Shown: positions 38,862 to 50,790 of the stretch, in pieces | How the letters are laid out: each line of letters starts with the position of its first letter | How positions within the stretch are numbered: the stretch's first letter is position 1 | NCBI GenBank assembly: GCA_030390025.1 | Contig: CM059430.1 | Location: forward strand, 74,338,001 to 74,402,000 | DNA from: Squalus acanthias | Taxonomy: Eukaryota | Direction of reading: 5' to 3' | DNA: 64,000 nt | Notes under the pieces: model-generated | Seen by the model: the letters and a program-made list of their open reading frames with translations, nothing else | Database searches by the model: none | What the model was told of the DNA's origin: nothing | Program-made: the position numbers and the translations under genes

Positions 38862-40624
38862 ATGGAGAGGTTGAGAGGAGGAGCTCAGCACTTCAGCGAT
38901 CGGATCTTGGAGGCTCTGGTTGGCGCGGTGGAGCGTAGAAGATCAATAATCAAACCTGAGAGGGGCAGGAGGCCTTTGTCGCGTGACTACAGAAGAGTGT
39001 GGAGGGAGGTGGCTCAGCACGTCTCCTCCAGGAGCATGGGGCCCAGGAACCATACTCAATGCCGCAAAAAGTTCAACGACCTCAGTCGGTTCGTCAGGCT
39101 GAGTGATTTTTTTTCAATACGTCTCCATCCCTTCATTTCAAACTCATTCTATTGCCAGAGGGTCTTAAAACCCCATTGCCCAACACTCGTCCAACACCTA
39201 TGGACCTCTCATGAAACACACACGCACTTTCACCACCTTGCACACAGTAAGGTCTATTCAACGATGGGAGGCAAATCAGGAAAGACCATGGCTGCATACA
39301 TGAAGGACTATTCAACTTTGGGAGGCAAATCAGGCAAGCCCATGGCTGTATATCTACTCAGACGCCGTCCTTTTTCTTGCAGGCCAAGCTATCTCATAAC
39401 AGGAGACAGAAGCAACGGATGGCTGGAGGGTGGCCTCAGCTGCAATCCCTCAGTGAACTTGGGGCGCGTGTCCACAGGATTGTGGCCATCCAGGTGATCG
39501 GCCCCGTCACCCCTGGTGAGATCGAAACCTTCGGGACAGCAATGGTAAAGATTTCTCTCCTCTCTCATTCCACATTTCCCTCATAACACCAGCATTTGAC
39601 ACTTTCAATCCAACTTACTAAATCGCTCCAACCCTTCCTCACTTACTTTTCCCCTGTCCTAAAGCCACTCTTGTACCTCCCTGCTTTAAGATGGTGATTC
39701 ACCAGCTGAGGATACGGGCCCTCAAGCTACCAGTGGGAGCGAAGCTGCAGGCGAGGAGGAAGAGGAAGCCAGATCCTCAACACCCCCCTCTCCCGAGGAA
39801 GCCCATGTCCAGACTGGGACCACGTCTTCCCGGGAGGGGAGCATTGATGAAGGGTCTGATGAGGGTGAAGCTCCGGGACCCAGCGGGCTGCAGCAACACG
39901 ATGTGGCTAGGGAAGCTCGCGGGCCTTCTCCCCGGAGGGAGAGTAGGCCAGCTAGCCCTGCTGCACTGGACGCAGAGGAGGAGCGGCTCATCGCTGAAAT
40001 TAACACCCAGGTGGTGGATATGCATACACAGCTCATTAGTGCAGTGGGAAGGGTGCCTGAAACCTTTGATGCACTTGCAAGGAGTGTAGAGCCCTACGCG
40101 GTAGCACAGGCGGATGCCACGCAAATGCTTAGTGCTGCAATTCAGTCACTGGCTGCCATGATCAATCGCAGACTAGTCTCATGCAGTCTCAGATTGATGC
40201 CACGCAAGCACTGACGGCTGCCATTGTGGCTGGTTCAGACAAACTTCCCTGGGGCTCTCACATTGCCGCAGCAAGCCAGCAATCTGTGCTCCAGCTGATT
40301 GCTCTGGATGGTGAGGTGCTGCCCTGTGGGAGTGCCAGTGTGATGGTCGAGCAGGGAGGTGCTGTCCTCTCTCAAGATGAAAGCATTCCTGCTGCCACCA
40401 CTGTCAGTTCCCCACTGCACTTCCCACCGCCTGTAGCCCAGACTGCTGCTGCCCATGCAGAATTGGTGCAGTCAGCAGCCGGGCCCTCCAGGACCAGAGC
40501 TGATCGAGGCCACCGCTCAAGGGCATCTGTAGTCTCATGTTCTGACAATCAGCAGCCTTCCACCAGCCTTGCTGCAGCCACTGGGGCCCCATTACGGAGG
40601 AACAGTAGGGTGGGAAGTGTATAA
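38862..40624 (+). pseudogene. Harbinger Myb/SANT-like DNA-binding protein gene (three exons, disrupted)
   Basis: FSDRILEALV...WREVA...QCRKKFNDL, then AKLSHNRR..GG, then an acidic/low-complexity exon. First donor appears mutated (ctgagt) and there is a frameshift near 40190. Confidence 0.85.
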
Positions 40625-40934
40625 GTGCGCAAGGGAAGGAGATTACCATCGAAGGGCAAAAAGTAGGAGGTATGACGAAATGTTGGGAATTTTTTTATTA
40701 AAGGCTGAGGTTCGTGTTCGAACTTTTGTTTAGAGTTTTGGCCATTATCTGCAGGTTGTGAGAACCAGTTATGTTAATTAATGAGTTTTTGTGTTTGTTT
40801 CTATTAGTTTGTCATGAAGAAATGACATGCACAGAGTTTTTAAAATAAACAATTTATTGTAATGTAAATGTACAGATTTGGCCTTTGGAATCATTGCTTC
40901 CTTGGCTGGCTTTGGGGTTGGGGGTTGCTTTGAT

Positions 40935-42049
40935 TCATGTTGTTCTCCATGCCAAAAGCCATAAACTGAGTACGGGCTTAGAAGTGCTTGATATCAGTCG
41001 TTGATGGACGGCCCTTGCAGTTTCAACATTGTGGGCCTCCCTCCCGTCTTGGTGCTGCTGCTGATATTCCTCCTTATCTTCCTCTTCCTCCTCCTCCGGT
41101 CGTGCACCAAGGCCTGGTGGCATTGGCTGGTTCCTGAGGAATGGCAGGTTATGAAGAATGCAGCACACAACTATGAAGAGTGAGACTCGCTCAGACCAGT
41201 ACTGCGGGACTCCTCCTGAGTGTTCCCGAATGCAGAACCGTTGTTTGAGCACGCCAATCGTCTGCGCAATGATGTTCCTGTTGGCGAGATGTCTCTCACT
41301 GTACCGCAGCTCAGCAGGGGTGATGGAGGTTATGGAGCAGTGTCATCAGTCAGTTGCAGAGTGCTTAACCCTTGTCCCAGATGAGCCAACCACTTGGCTG
41401 ATGCGGTGCCTGGAAAAGGTCTGGCACACCAGTCTGGCGCAGGATAAAAACATGGTAACTGCTGCCAGGATAGCGGACATTGAGAGCGAGTATCAACTAT
41501 CTGTGGTCAGAGAACAATTGGATGTTTAAGGAGTGGAACCGCTTGCGGTTTAAGACAACCTCTGCATTCTGATGTAGTGCCTGCAATGCCACATGCTTGC
41601 AGTCAATGGCGCCTGGCTCCATGGAGAAGCCCGCTATCCTCGCAAAGCCCAATGTGCATCCATGCTGTTTGGCACGGGTCATCAGGAAAGAGATGTACTG
41701 GCGCCACCTTTTATCGAGGGCATTTGTGACCTGACAGATATAGCAATGGACCACTAACTGGGAGATATTGGCGATGTCCACAGTAGCTGCTTGAAAGGAG
41801 CTGGTGGCATAAAAATTCAGAGCCGCTGTGATCTTCAGTGCCACCGACAGAGACGTCCTGATCCTTAGTTGAGGCTCCAGATCTGGCTGCCGCAAATGGC
41901 AAAACTCAGTGACCACCTCCTTGCTGAAGCATAGCCTGTGCAAACACTGCTCCTCAGACAAATGAATGCAGGAGAATTGTTCCCAGAATACTCTGGGAGG
42001 GCAAGGTCTCCTGTGTAGAGGCCTGCTGGCCCTCCTCCGTCTGGCCATG
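40935..42049 (-). pseudogene. Harbinger (HARBI1-like) DDE transposase, disrupted
   Basis: ALNFYATSSFQ, GAIDCKHVAL, NRKRFHSLNIQL, LKQRF, IVVCCILHN; stops, frameshifts and an apparent internal deletion. Confidence 0.9.
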
Positions 42050-42809
42050 ATTGCCACTATCTCTCTGCGTCTCTTTACCGCTGATTCTGCAGGCGCAGGA
42101 CGACGCCCCAAATGAGTGCAGCCCCCAAGTTGCATGACAATCGAAGTAATGAAGGTCAAATCTAAAAGTACCTGCAAAGTGACGCTCATTAGCCAAAACT
42201 ACTACACGTAGCCTTGAATCTACGCAGATATCTCTCTCTCTCTCTCTCTCAGAATCTCTCCATCTCTCTGTCAGAATGTGTGGTGCAAAAATGTCTACCA
42301 CAGAAAAAGGCAGGAAGAGGGCGGCTTTAAATAGCACCCCCCCAGCCCCTCACCGAATTTGTGCACTGCCCCAAAACCTCTCGTCAATTTCGCGAGCGGC
42401 GCAAACATCACCGCGCCTGGGTGTTCGTTGCATTGCACCCCATTGGTTGCTAATGGGAGGTGCAAACCAATCGAATTTTTCCCCCATAGTGACTATTGTA
42501 AATAACTACTAATTCTAATATAATAAGGACAAAAAGAAAATCCGTATTATGGTTTTAACTACTTAGTTCCCGTTATAAGTCCATGTATTATTCTGGCCTT
42601 AATTTGGAGTCCATGAAAATTTGAAGCATTTGCAGTGTCAACAGTAATGTCACTCTTGAGGTTTCATTTGCGAAGACTTTGTATCGGTCAATTTTTAAGA
42701 ACTTCTTAAGTGCGTTATTCAGTCTAACCTTAAGTCTCCGATTACGAAAGCAAATATATTATATTGCATCCATTTGTCATCTCTTAAGTTACAGAAACCA
42801 GATGTTTGT

Positions 42810-43419
42810 GGCCCGTATTTTCCGATCGCAGGCCTCGGGCGGGCGGAGGCCTGCGACCTGGAAAAATGTAGGCCCTTACCTGAGGGCTCCCGGTACGCAC
42901 ACGCTTCCGCTCCTGGGCCTCTTCAAACTGGAAGTATGCTGGACCTAGGTATCACAGGGGCGCATGTTGTTCGCAGCGTCCCTGGGATCACGAGGGCCAT
43001 GGGGAGCCAATCAGAGAAGGAAATTTTCTTTCATATATTTGACATAAAGATCTGTCAACTATATGAATGGAGATCACCCCAAAAACATAGTAAAATTTTA
43101 AACAAAATTTATTTTTTTGAATAAGATAATTAAAGTTTTTTATGGCGCTAAAAATAAACTTACCTTTTTTAAAAGTATTTTACCAGGTGTAAGAATTGTA
43201 AGGTTTTTCTGCGTGCGGAGCGTCTCCAAAAAGCGGAACAATCCGCCCGTAGAGGGGCTTCTCCAGGGCAGCCGGAGGATCTGTCCGGACCATTCTTGAC
43301 TGATCGGAAATGCCGGTTTTCAGCGCATGCGCAGTTCATGCATGAAACTGGAATTTCCGATGTCCCTACGGGTGGGTACTCAGTGTGTACCCATCCTTAG
43401 GGACCGGAATGACTGGGCC
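42810..43419 (+). mobile_element. Harbinger-like MITE inserted in the R2 endonuclease region
   Basis: TIRs GGCCCGTATTTTCCG / CGGAATGACTGGGCC; R2 coding sequence resumes on both sides. Confidence 0.8.
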
Positions 43420-44199
43420 ATTATGTGCCTTCGATCTCCGCCCATGTCTTCTTCAGGGATTTGTTATTTTCCTTGTACTCTCTCGTCACATCGACTACGA
43501 CCAAATCATCACCATTCAGAAAGATTATGTCATGTATCCAAAGTTTGCCGTCTGAGAATTTGAGTCTGGGATCGATGTAGGCTGGCCAGCCATATGTACT
43601 GGTCTTTTTCTTCAGCCTTTCGAGAACCGTGTTGTGTTTCTTTATCTTTGCGTTCTTAACTGAGCGACAGCTTGCTGTTAGATGGGATAGGGTTTCGTTA
43701 GCAGCACCGCAGTTCCAGCAATGTTTCGCTGATCCGATCCTTCCGAGTGAAAGTGTGTATCTAGTGTGGTAGATATTTGATCTTAGTAGAAGAACGTTTA
43801 CAAAGTTCGATTGCTTAATTTTACTTTTTAAACTGATCCAGTTGTTTGAGATATTATCGTTAGGATAGCAAGTCAGCCCTGAGCCTTGCTATTGGAGTTT
43901 TGCCCAGTTTTCCAACTCCAAGCTTCTCCATTTTAATTATTCATTTATGTTGGTCTTCCTTTTCCTTAGCCGGTCCTCGGGTACTATATTTTGTAGTTGT
44001 TCTGCTATGTCCGCCTCTAGATCTTCCGATTCTGTACCACTGTCCTCAATGAATATTTTCTTCGATGATCCTTCGTGCACGTTTGCCTCTCTGAGTTCTT
44101 TAGGATTTCCCAGTTTTTCAATGTTGAGATTGTTGTTTGTTCAACAATACTTGAATGAGGCTCTTATGATAGGGTCGCTTGAGTTCTCCAAGACATAAT

Positions 44200-45091
44200 G
44201 GGGGAAAAATTCAGTTGGTTGCGCCTCCCTTTAGCACCTTAAGAGGGTGCTAATGGGGCGCAAATTGTATAGCGCACGGGCGCGGCGATGTTTGCGCCGC
44301 CCGCGAAATTAACTAGAAATTTTGCGGCAGAGCTAAACTCTACCGCTATGATCTCCTGCGCCGGCAGATCGTGACGTCAGTCGAGTGCGCAACACCTCGG
44401 TATCGCCCCGGAGCGGATATTGAGTGGCACCCCCTGCCTTACCACCTGCCGGTAGCAACAACAGGTTGAGGGGAGCGTTTTGCAGTCAGGAAGGGACTTG
44501 GGGAGCGCTATTTAAAGGTGACCATTTCCTGCCTTTTATTGTGGCAACATTTTAGAACCACGCATTCTGAGAGAGAGAGAGAGAGACTTCTGGAGAGATT
44601 CAACGCTGTGTGAAGGAGTTTTGGGTACTGAGCAGCCCTTTGCAGGTTCATTTTGATTTGCCCTTTCTGGTAAAGATTTAGAAGAGACTGTGGGGGCTGC
44701 ACTCTGAGCTCTTTCCCTGGTATTCTCCATTGTTGTTTCCAGCAGATTTGATGTGCAGGTCTCTCCAGGCCGAGATTCAAGGCTGCAATGAGCAGGATGT
44801 GGATGGAAAGCAAGATCAACCCTCCCCTTTAAGAACTGGCCCACGCCATTGTCTCTGTGTTCCAATGCTGACTGACATCGCATGAGCTTCGCCAGCGCTC
44901 TGAGGTAGCGCCTCGCTCCTCGGCCTTTGCGCCTTAAGATAGGTGTGAAGCACCTTATTTAGCGCTCCAATCACCTCCAGGGGCGATAAAAGTCAAGTTT
45001 GCAGTCGGTGGGGATAATTAGCGACAGGCGCTAATCTTTGCGCCCGGATGATAATTGCACCCCAAATGGGGCGATACTGAATTTCTCCCCC
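44200..45091 (-). mobile_element. Non-autonomous Harbinger deletion derivative inserted in the R2 ORF
   Basis: TIRs GGGGGAAAAATTCAG / CTGAATTTCTCCCCC, TSD AAT; both ends match the 38501-42485 element in reverse orientation; keeps the start of the Myb gene (MENTRERAQ). Confidence 0.9.
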
Positions 45092-48019
45092 AATGTTTCC
45101 TATTATCGCCGATGGTATCTGCATTTCCAAGTTGGATAGGCTCAATCTCCAATCTCTTGTTCTGAAGTAGAATGTTCCGTCGGAGATATCTTTGGGTAAG
45201 TGTAGAATTTCCTTGATAGCCTTTTTAATTATTCGGTCCATGAATAATTAGTGTAATCTGTGATACCTCTGTGAGAATAAGATGGTCGTAATTTCTCGGT
45301 ATCAGTTGTGTTTTTAATATCACAATCATCTGAGTGGGTTTGACTTCAATAACTTTGAGATTGCGTACCCAATTTGAAAGTTTTTTCTGGCCACTTATCT
45401 TCAGTGACATCTGCACATGGATCGATCTGAGCACCAAGATATTTTTTCATTGTTCCTGGGTTTATGTAATCCAGATATTTACTATCTAAGCCCCATTTCC
45501 TTCCTTGGTTATATGGGGAAGTCTTGTTACTAGTATTCAGTTGGAACCCAGCAATCTTTTTACGTTAATTGCCAGTCCTTTTTTCTTACAGAACGTCTCC
45601 AACATGGAACAGTTTTTGATCTCGGCATGGGAGTCGCTTAATATTTCAATGTAGTCAGCGATGCGAGTGCTGTGCATTTCCTTGAGCTTTTGTTACATCT
45701 CATCCATAAGCCGGAGCCATCCTTTTCTAGTTAGCAGAGGAATGGGACCATGGTTATGTTGAACAGAAGAGAAGAAAGAGAGTCGCCTTGTGTGATCCCT
45801 TTCTTGATGATTATTTTGTCTGTTATTTCCCTGTCTACTTCAATAATCGTTGTAGTTCCGGGGATAACGTTTTCAATTAGTTTAATGAACTGCTTGTTCA
45901 GCCCCATCCTGGCCAGACCCTTCGATATCAATTTGTGTACAGAGGAGTCGAATGCCTTGGCCAGGTCCACGAAAACCACAGCCAGTTGTTTTCGGCTGCT
46001 TTTCCCTCATTTTGTAATGTTTTGGAGTATGGCTATGTTCAAGTGACCTACAGGTTCTGCCGCTAAGAAGCCGTTTGTCTGGGATTTCTGCTGATAGCTT
46101 AACCTTTATGTGCTGATTTTGGTAAAGGGACGGATCAGTATGTCGCCTATTGATAATGGTCTCCAGTTATCTAAGCTTTTGAAGAGCTCTGTGTCTTCTG
46201 ATTTAGGGATACGTATTGTGCGACTTTATTCACGCTTTCTGGAATGGTTTTTGATTTCATCCATAGTGTGAAGATACTTGGCAGGAGGGTGAAATCGATT
46301 CCTTCTATGTTCATCAGATCTTCTGCTGAAGTGCCACCATGGCCTGGTACATTGCCTTTCTTCATCTCTTCCACGGCCGATTTAATCTCTGTTTCGCTTA
46401 TTTCTTTCATAAGGACTGTAAATTTGCTTTTTTGGTGCACCCTGCAAATGTGTCGATATCTGCCGTATCATTTGGTTTGGATACTTTGTTTCTGTAATAA
46501 AGTTCCAATTCTTCCTTTGTTAATGGACATTTGATTTGAACTGGACCGGCCATTACATGATTAGCCAATCTCGTTCTGCCTTTTTTTAACAGTGTTTGGT
46601 TCCTTTTGTAGTCAACCTATCTGCTGGTGTTATTTTAGTGCACCCGACTTGTTGGAGAATATTGCTGTTTTGTTCTTGCTGTTATTATTATTGCAACGCT
46701 TAGCTATGTTGTTTTCTGTTAAATTTCCCGTTGTGGACTCGATGAGAGCTACTCCACGTGTTAATTTTATTCTGAATCCCCTTGGTTTTGTAACAATTGT
46801 TCTGCTTCTATAATTAGTTTTGGCAAATCCATTTTATCCCTCTTAAGTTTTGATGGTGTCTTTCTTTGGTTATTATTCTCTGATAGTGACTTGGTACAAA
46901 AGATCATTGCGTTCTGCATCTGTTCTGTTGTTTCCGGGATTATTATTGGATTAATGGTTGTTACACTCTTCTTCCTCAAAGCTATGAATTCCCTTGATCT
47001 CCGCTTATCTGATATCTATCTGCTGGTTTTAGTTTTTAGTTCATTCCTTATTTTATCATTAATATTGTGACTACCTTTGGGTGTTAATGCTAATTGAAGG
47101 AGAAGGCATAAATCCTCATCCGACCATGCTGATTTCCTTCCTTTAGGTTTCTGGGGAACGGCATAATTTATCCTTTTCTCATTTCTTTGTACCGCATGCT
47201 GGTGCCATTCATGCTGTCTTAACCCACTATGTGTTTTAAATGTCTTCTGACAAATTGTGCATTGATAATCTTCTATTGGGTCGGGCTGCGTACTCCTTCT
47301 ACATTTGCCTTAGTGGCAGGCGGTGGCATGGTAATCGCCTTTTTGTTACATTTGGAACAATTGTTGATTTAGTTTGACGAATTACATTTTATGTTTTTAA
47401 ATGAACTAATTGTGTTAAGAATCGCTCTACCGGGAATGCTCAATCATTGCTCTGTTGGTTAGTGAATGATAACCTCGCTCTGATTCTTGTGATTATTTTT
47501 GGGTTCTATTCGAATCATTTCGCTATAGGCACCCTTTATTGTATCTATTAAATCCTCAATGTCGTGAATCTCTGTATTGGTATTTTTAATTCTACTATCC
47601 GGCGGAATTTTTAGGGCAGAATTGTGAAAGATAAGATGCTGAATGACGATTCCACTAGGTCTGTAATGATCATTTTCTGTAGCTGTTTCAGCATTTCCAT
47701 CAGGAAAAAATATCTCACCGTCTTTAACGACCGCAATCGGTATCCTACTGGGCACAAGAAATGGTCTTATACTGTATATATGCGGATTTCAGTGCTAGCC
47801 TGGCAGGAGTAGAGCTAGAGAACTCGAAGCTTTTGCGCTTAATATGCATTGTCGCTGGACGATTGGATACAATGCTGGGGACGTTTTGCTCCCGGGCCTT
47901 GTTCCAGCCGGAATGGTAATCCTTGAGTGGTTGTCCGATTGTTTTTAATGAAAATGTGTTTTCACTAAGCCTGCAGGGAACCTGATCTCCACAGCTCACC
48001 GTTACCATTTTGATTCCTT

Positions 48020-48177
48020 TGAGCAGTCGTTTAGCCAACACCGACGTGTTCTTCGCAGTGGGACCGCGGGGCAATAGGACACACCGTGATCGGAAATCTA
48101 AAGCACCAAATCAAATGTAACTACTTTCCCAAGTATGGATCACAAGCGCACTTAAGAGAGCCATATTTTCTCCTGCC
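48020..48177 (-). ncRNA. Decayed HDV-like ribozyme of the R2 5' UTR, including the 28S-derived leader
   Basis: Leader GGCAGGAGAAAATATGGCTCTCTTAAG; TAGTTAC (48123-48117) complementary to 28S GTAACTA; TCCCAC (48063-48058) as the P1 partner; hairpin AACAC-GTCG-GTGTT as P4; GCTAA as J4/2. Confidence 0.7.
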
Positions 48178-48611
48178 ACCAGCCTTCACTAGAACCGCAG
48201 TATGGAACGAATTGGTCTATTTCCTTATGGGAAAACAGTATTGTCCTTCTTGATGTCATATCTGCCAGTAAAAGACCCACCTATGCGTCACCGACATTAG
48301 AAAATCACGATCGGTTGCAATGAAAAATCAGCTCCTGGGCAATTACATATTTGCTGAAAATTCTCCTATAACCTGCGACTTGTCATTCCCTCTTGAGGAA
48401 GCTTCCAATTCTCTGCCCCAACTCCTTGCGCTCAAAACAATGATTGTTAAAATATAGAAGACCTATAATTTTGATGCAGCTTAGCTGTCAGCGTAAGGGC
48501 CGCGCTCAAGGTGAATGCAGGTACACTGCACTTCTCTGTATGTAATGTTGCACTAGAACTGCAAGTCACAGCGTGGATCAAAGAAGGCCAGGAGTCAGAT
48601 GGAGACATTGC

Positions 48612-49375
48612 GGCCCTGATTTTGTTGTGGTAATGACAGCGAAACTCTCAGCGTTCGCCGCCATTACTCCTCTGAAAGTGACAGCAGCTTCTGGAATCAG
48701 CATATGCGCAATAAAGGCAGACATCCAAAAGTTGCAGTCAGTCATTCCTTGCTCCTCGACAGTTTGCACTGTGGAACTCCCCAGAGCGGCTATTTCAAAT
48801 CAAATTCACAATTGTTGGCGAAAAGCTCCGCGATTACGCTGCAATATTGCTATTAACTATACACACACCCCTTCCCCCCACCCCCAAAAAAGTTAAACAT
48901 TGACGAAAAGGTTGTAATTGGGTTTTTAACAGTCTTTTGACTACTGAATAACCGATCTTGCCCTTAAACACTAATGCTATACTTGCGGAATGTCACTTTT
49001 TTTCCATTAATATGATAAGAATTACATGGCTTTTAAAATAATATATTTTCAAACTGTTTGTTTATGATACTAATGCTTTTACTTTCATCCTAGGTGCATG
49101 TCCCAATCTTCATTTTTCACTCTGTAAAATTTATAAAAAGTATTTAAATTCCTGGTTTGGTGTCTGTGAGAATTATTCAATGTGATTGGCTGCTTAGCCT
49201 GCTTGATGACATCACTGTTACTGTACGCCGGAGATTCGTTTGATTTGGCGCCAGATTCAAATAGTAGTCTAGAAAACTGAAATTCACGCCACAGAGATCG
49301 GCAGATTTTTGTGGGCAGGTATTTCGAGGTCAGCGGTGAGTGCTGTCACTTCTCAATGACCGCAAATTAAAGGCC
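48612..49375. mobile_element. Harbinger-like MITE, different family
   Basis: Imperfect TIRs GGCCCTGATTTTG / CAAATTAAAGGCC. Confidence 0.55.
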
Positions 49376-49479
49376 GTATATATTTGGTTTTGTCGTAAGC
49401 ACGCAAACGTATCCTCATTTTGTTTATTTTGATTTTTAAAAATAAATGTCATAAAGAAGGTATTCCAAAAACCATAAAA

Positions 49480-50790
49480 AGAACAAAAGAACATAAGAAA
49501 TATGAGCATGAGTAGCCCATATGCCCCATCGAGCCCGTTCCACCATTCCATAAGATCATGGCTGAACTTTTGCATCAACTACACTTTACCACCCTAACCC
49601 CATTTCACTTGATTCCCTTAATAGACTAAATGCATCTATCTCAGTCTTGAATATAATCATAGATTGTGCATCCATAGCCCTTTGGGGTAGAGAATTTCAA
49701 AACATTTACAACGCTCTGAATGAAGAAATTTCTTCTCATCTCTGTCCTAAATGGCCGACCACTAATCCTGAAACTCTGACCCATAGTTTTCGAATTTCCA
49801 GGCAGGGTAAACAGCCTCTCAACATCTACACTGTCAAGCCCTCTAAGAATGATATACTTTTCAAAGAGATCACCTCTTATTCTTCAAACTCCAGAAAATG
49901 TAATCCCATTCTATGCAATCTCTCCTCGTGGGTCCGCCCTCTCTTACCAGAAGTCATTCTAGTGAGCTTCGTTGCACCCGCTCTAAGGCAAGTATATATT
50001 TCCTTCGGTATGGATACTAAAACCATACACATTACACCAGGTTTGGTCTCGGCAAAGCCCTATATAATTTCACCAAGACATCTTTACTCATATACTCCAA
50101 CCGACTTGCAATTATGGGAAACAGTCCATTTGCCTTCCTAATTGCTTGTACCTGCAAGTTAACGTTCTGTGATCCGAATACAAGGACCTCCAAACCACTC
50201 TGAACACCAACATTTTAAAAATCGTTTATTTTCCATTCTTCCTCCCAAAGTGGATAATTTCTCACTTCCCTTATTACACTCCTTCTGCCACCTTGTTGCC
50301 CAATCACTAAAACAGTCTACGTTCCTTTGCAGCGTCTTTGCGTCCTCCTCACAGCTTACCTAGCTTTGTATCGTCAGCAAATTTGGATATTTTGCACTTG
50401 GTCCCTCATGTAAGTCTTGACATATTTTGCAAATAGCTGAGGCCTACGCACTGATAATTGTGGCACTCCAGTAGTTACACGCTGCCATCCCATAAATGAT
50501 CATTTACTGCTACTTTCCGCTTTCTGTCCGTTAACCAATCCTCACTCACATAACACCCCCAATTCCAAGAGATCTACTCCTGTGTAAGCAACTTCTTGCA
50601 TGGTACCTTATCGAATGCTTTCTGAAAATGCAAATATACTACAACCACTGGTTACCCCTTATCTACCATACTAGTTAAACAGTCAAACACAATAATATAT
50701 TTGTCAAACACGATTTCGAATTCATAAAACTGTGTTAACTCTGCCTAGACAGTTTGCGATTTTCCAAATGCCCCGTTACCAATTCATTAT
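49480..50790 (-). mobile_element. CR1 LINE 3' portion
   Basis: AAGAACATAAGAAAT reverse tail, then reverse ORF2 including the FADD region near 50380. Confidence 0.85.

Larger units (their letters stand above)
38501..42485 (+). mobile_element. Harbinger DNA transposon, autonomous-type architecture, decayed
   Basis: TIRs GCGGGAGAAATTCG / CGAATTTTTCCCCC, 3-bp TSD ATA, convergent Myb/SANT and DDE transposase genes, overlapping poly(A) signals AATAAA (40844) and TTTATT (40853). Confidence 0.93.
38163..48177 (-). mobile_element. Full-length decayed R2 retrotransposon (clade A-like) outside rDNA; about 4.5 kb after removing three nested insertions
   Basis: N-terminal CCHC and C2H2 fingers (YQCTICQKTFKTHSGLRQHEWHQH, about 47200-47275), Myb (WSDED...KTSRQISDKRR), RT (VFVDLAKAFD, KGITQGDSLSSLLF), zinc knuckle CWNCGAANETLSHLTASC, RLE (KHN...HDIIF...VVDVT), C-terminus near 42600, 28S-like leader at 48151-48177. 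Confidence 0.9.

Noticed and set aside
40935-42189. Domesticated HARBI1/NAIF1-type host genes
   Set aside because: Enclosed by TIRs and a TSD, and both genes are disrupted.
48151-48177. 28S rRNA gene
   Set aside because: Only 27 nt; explained as the R2 leader.
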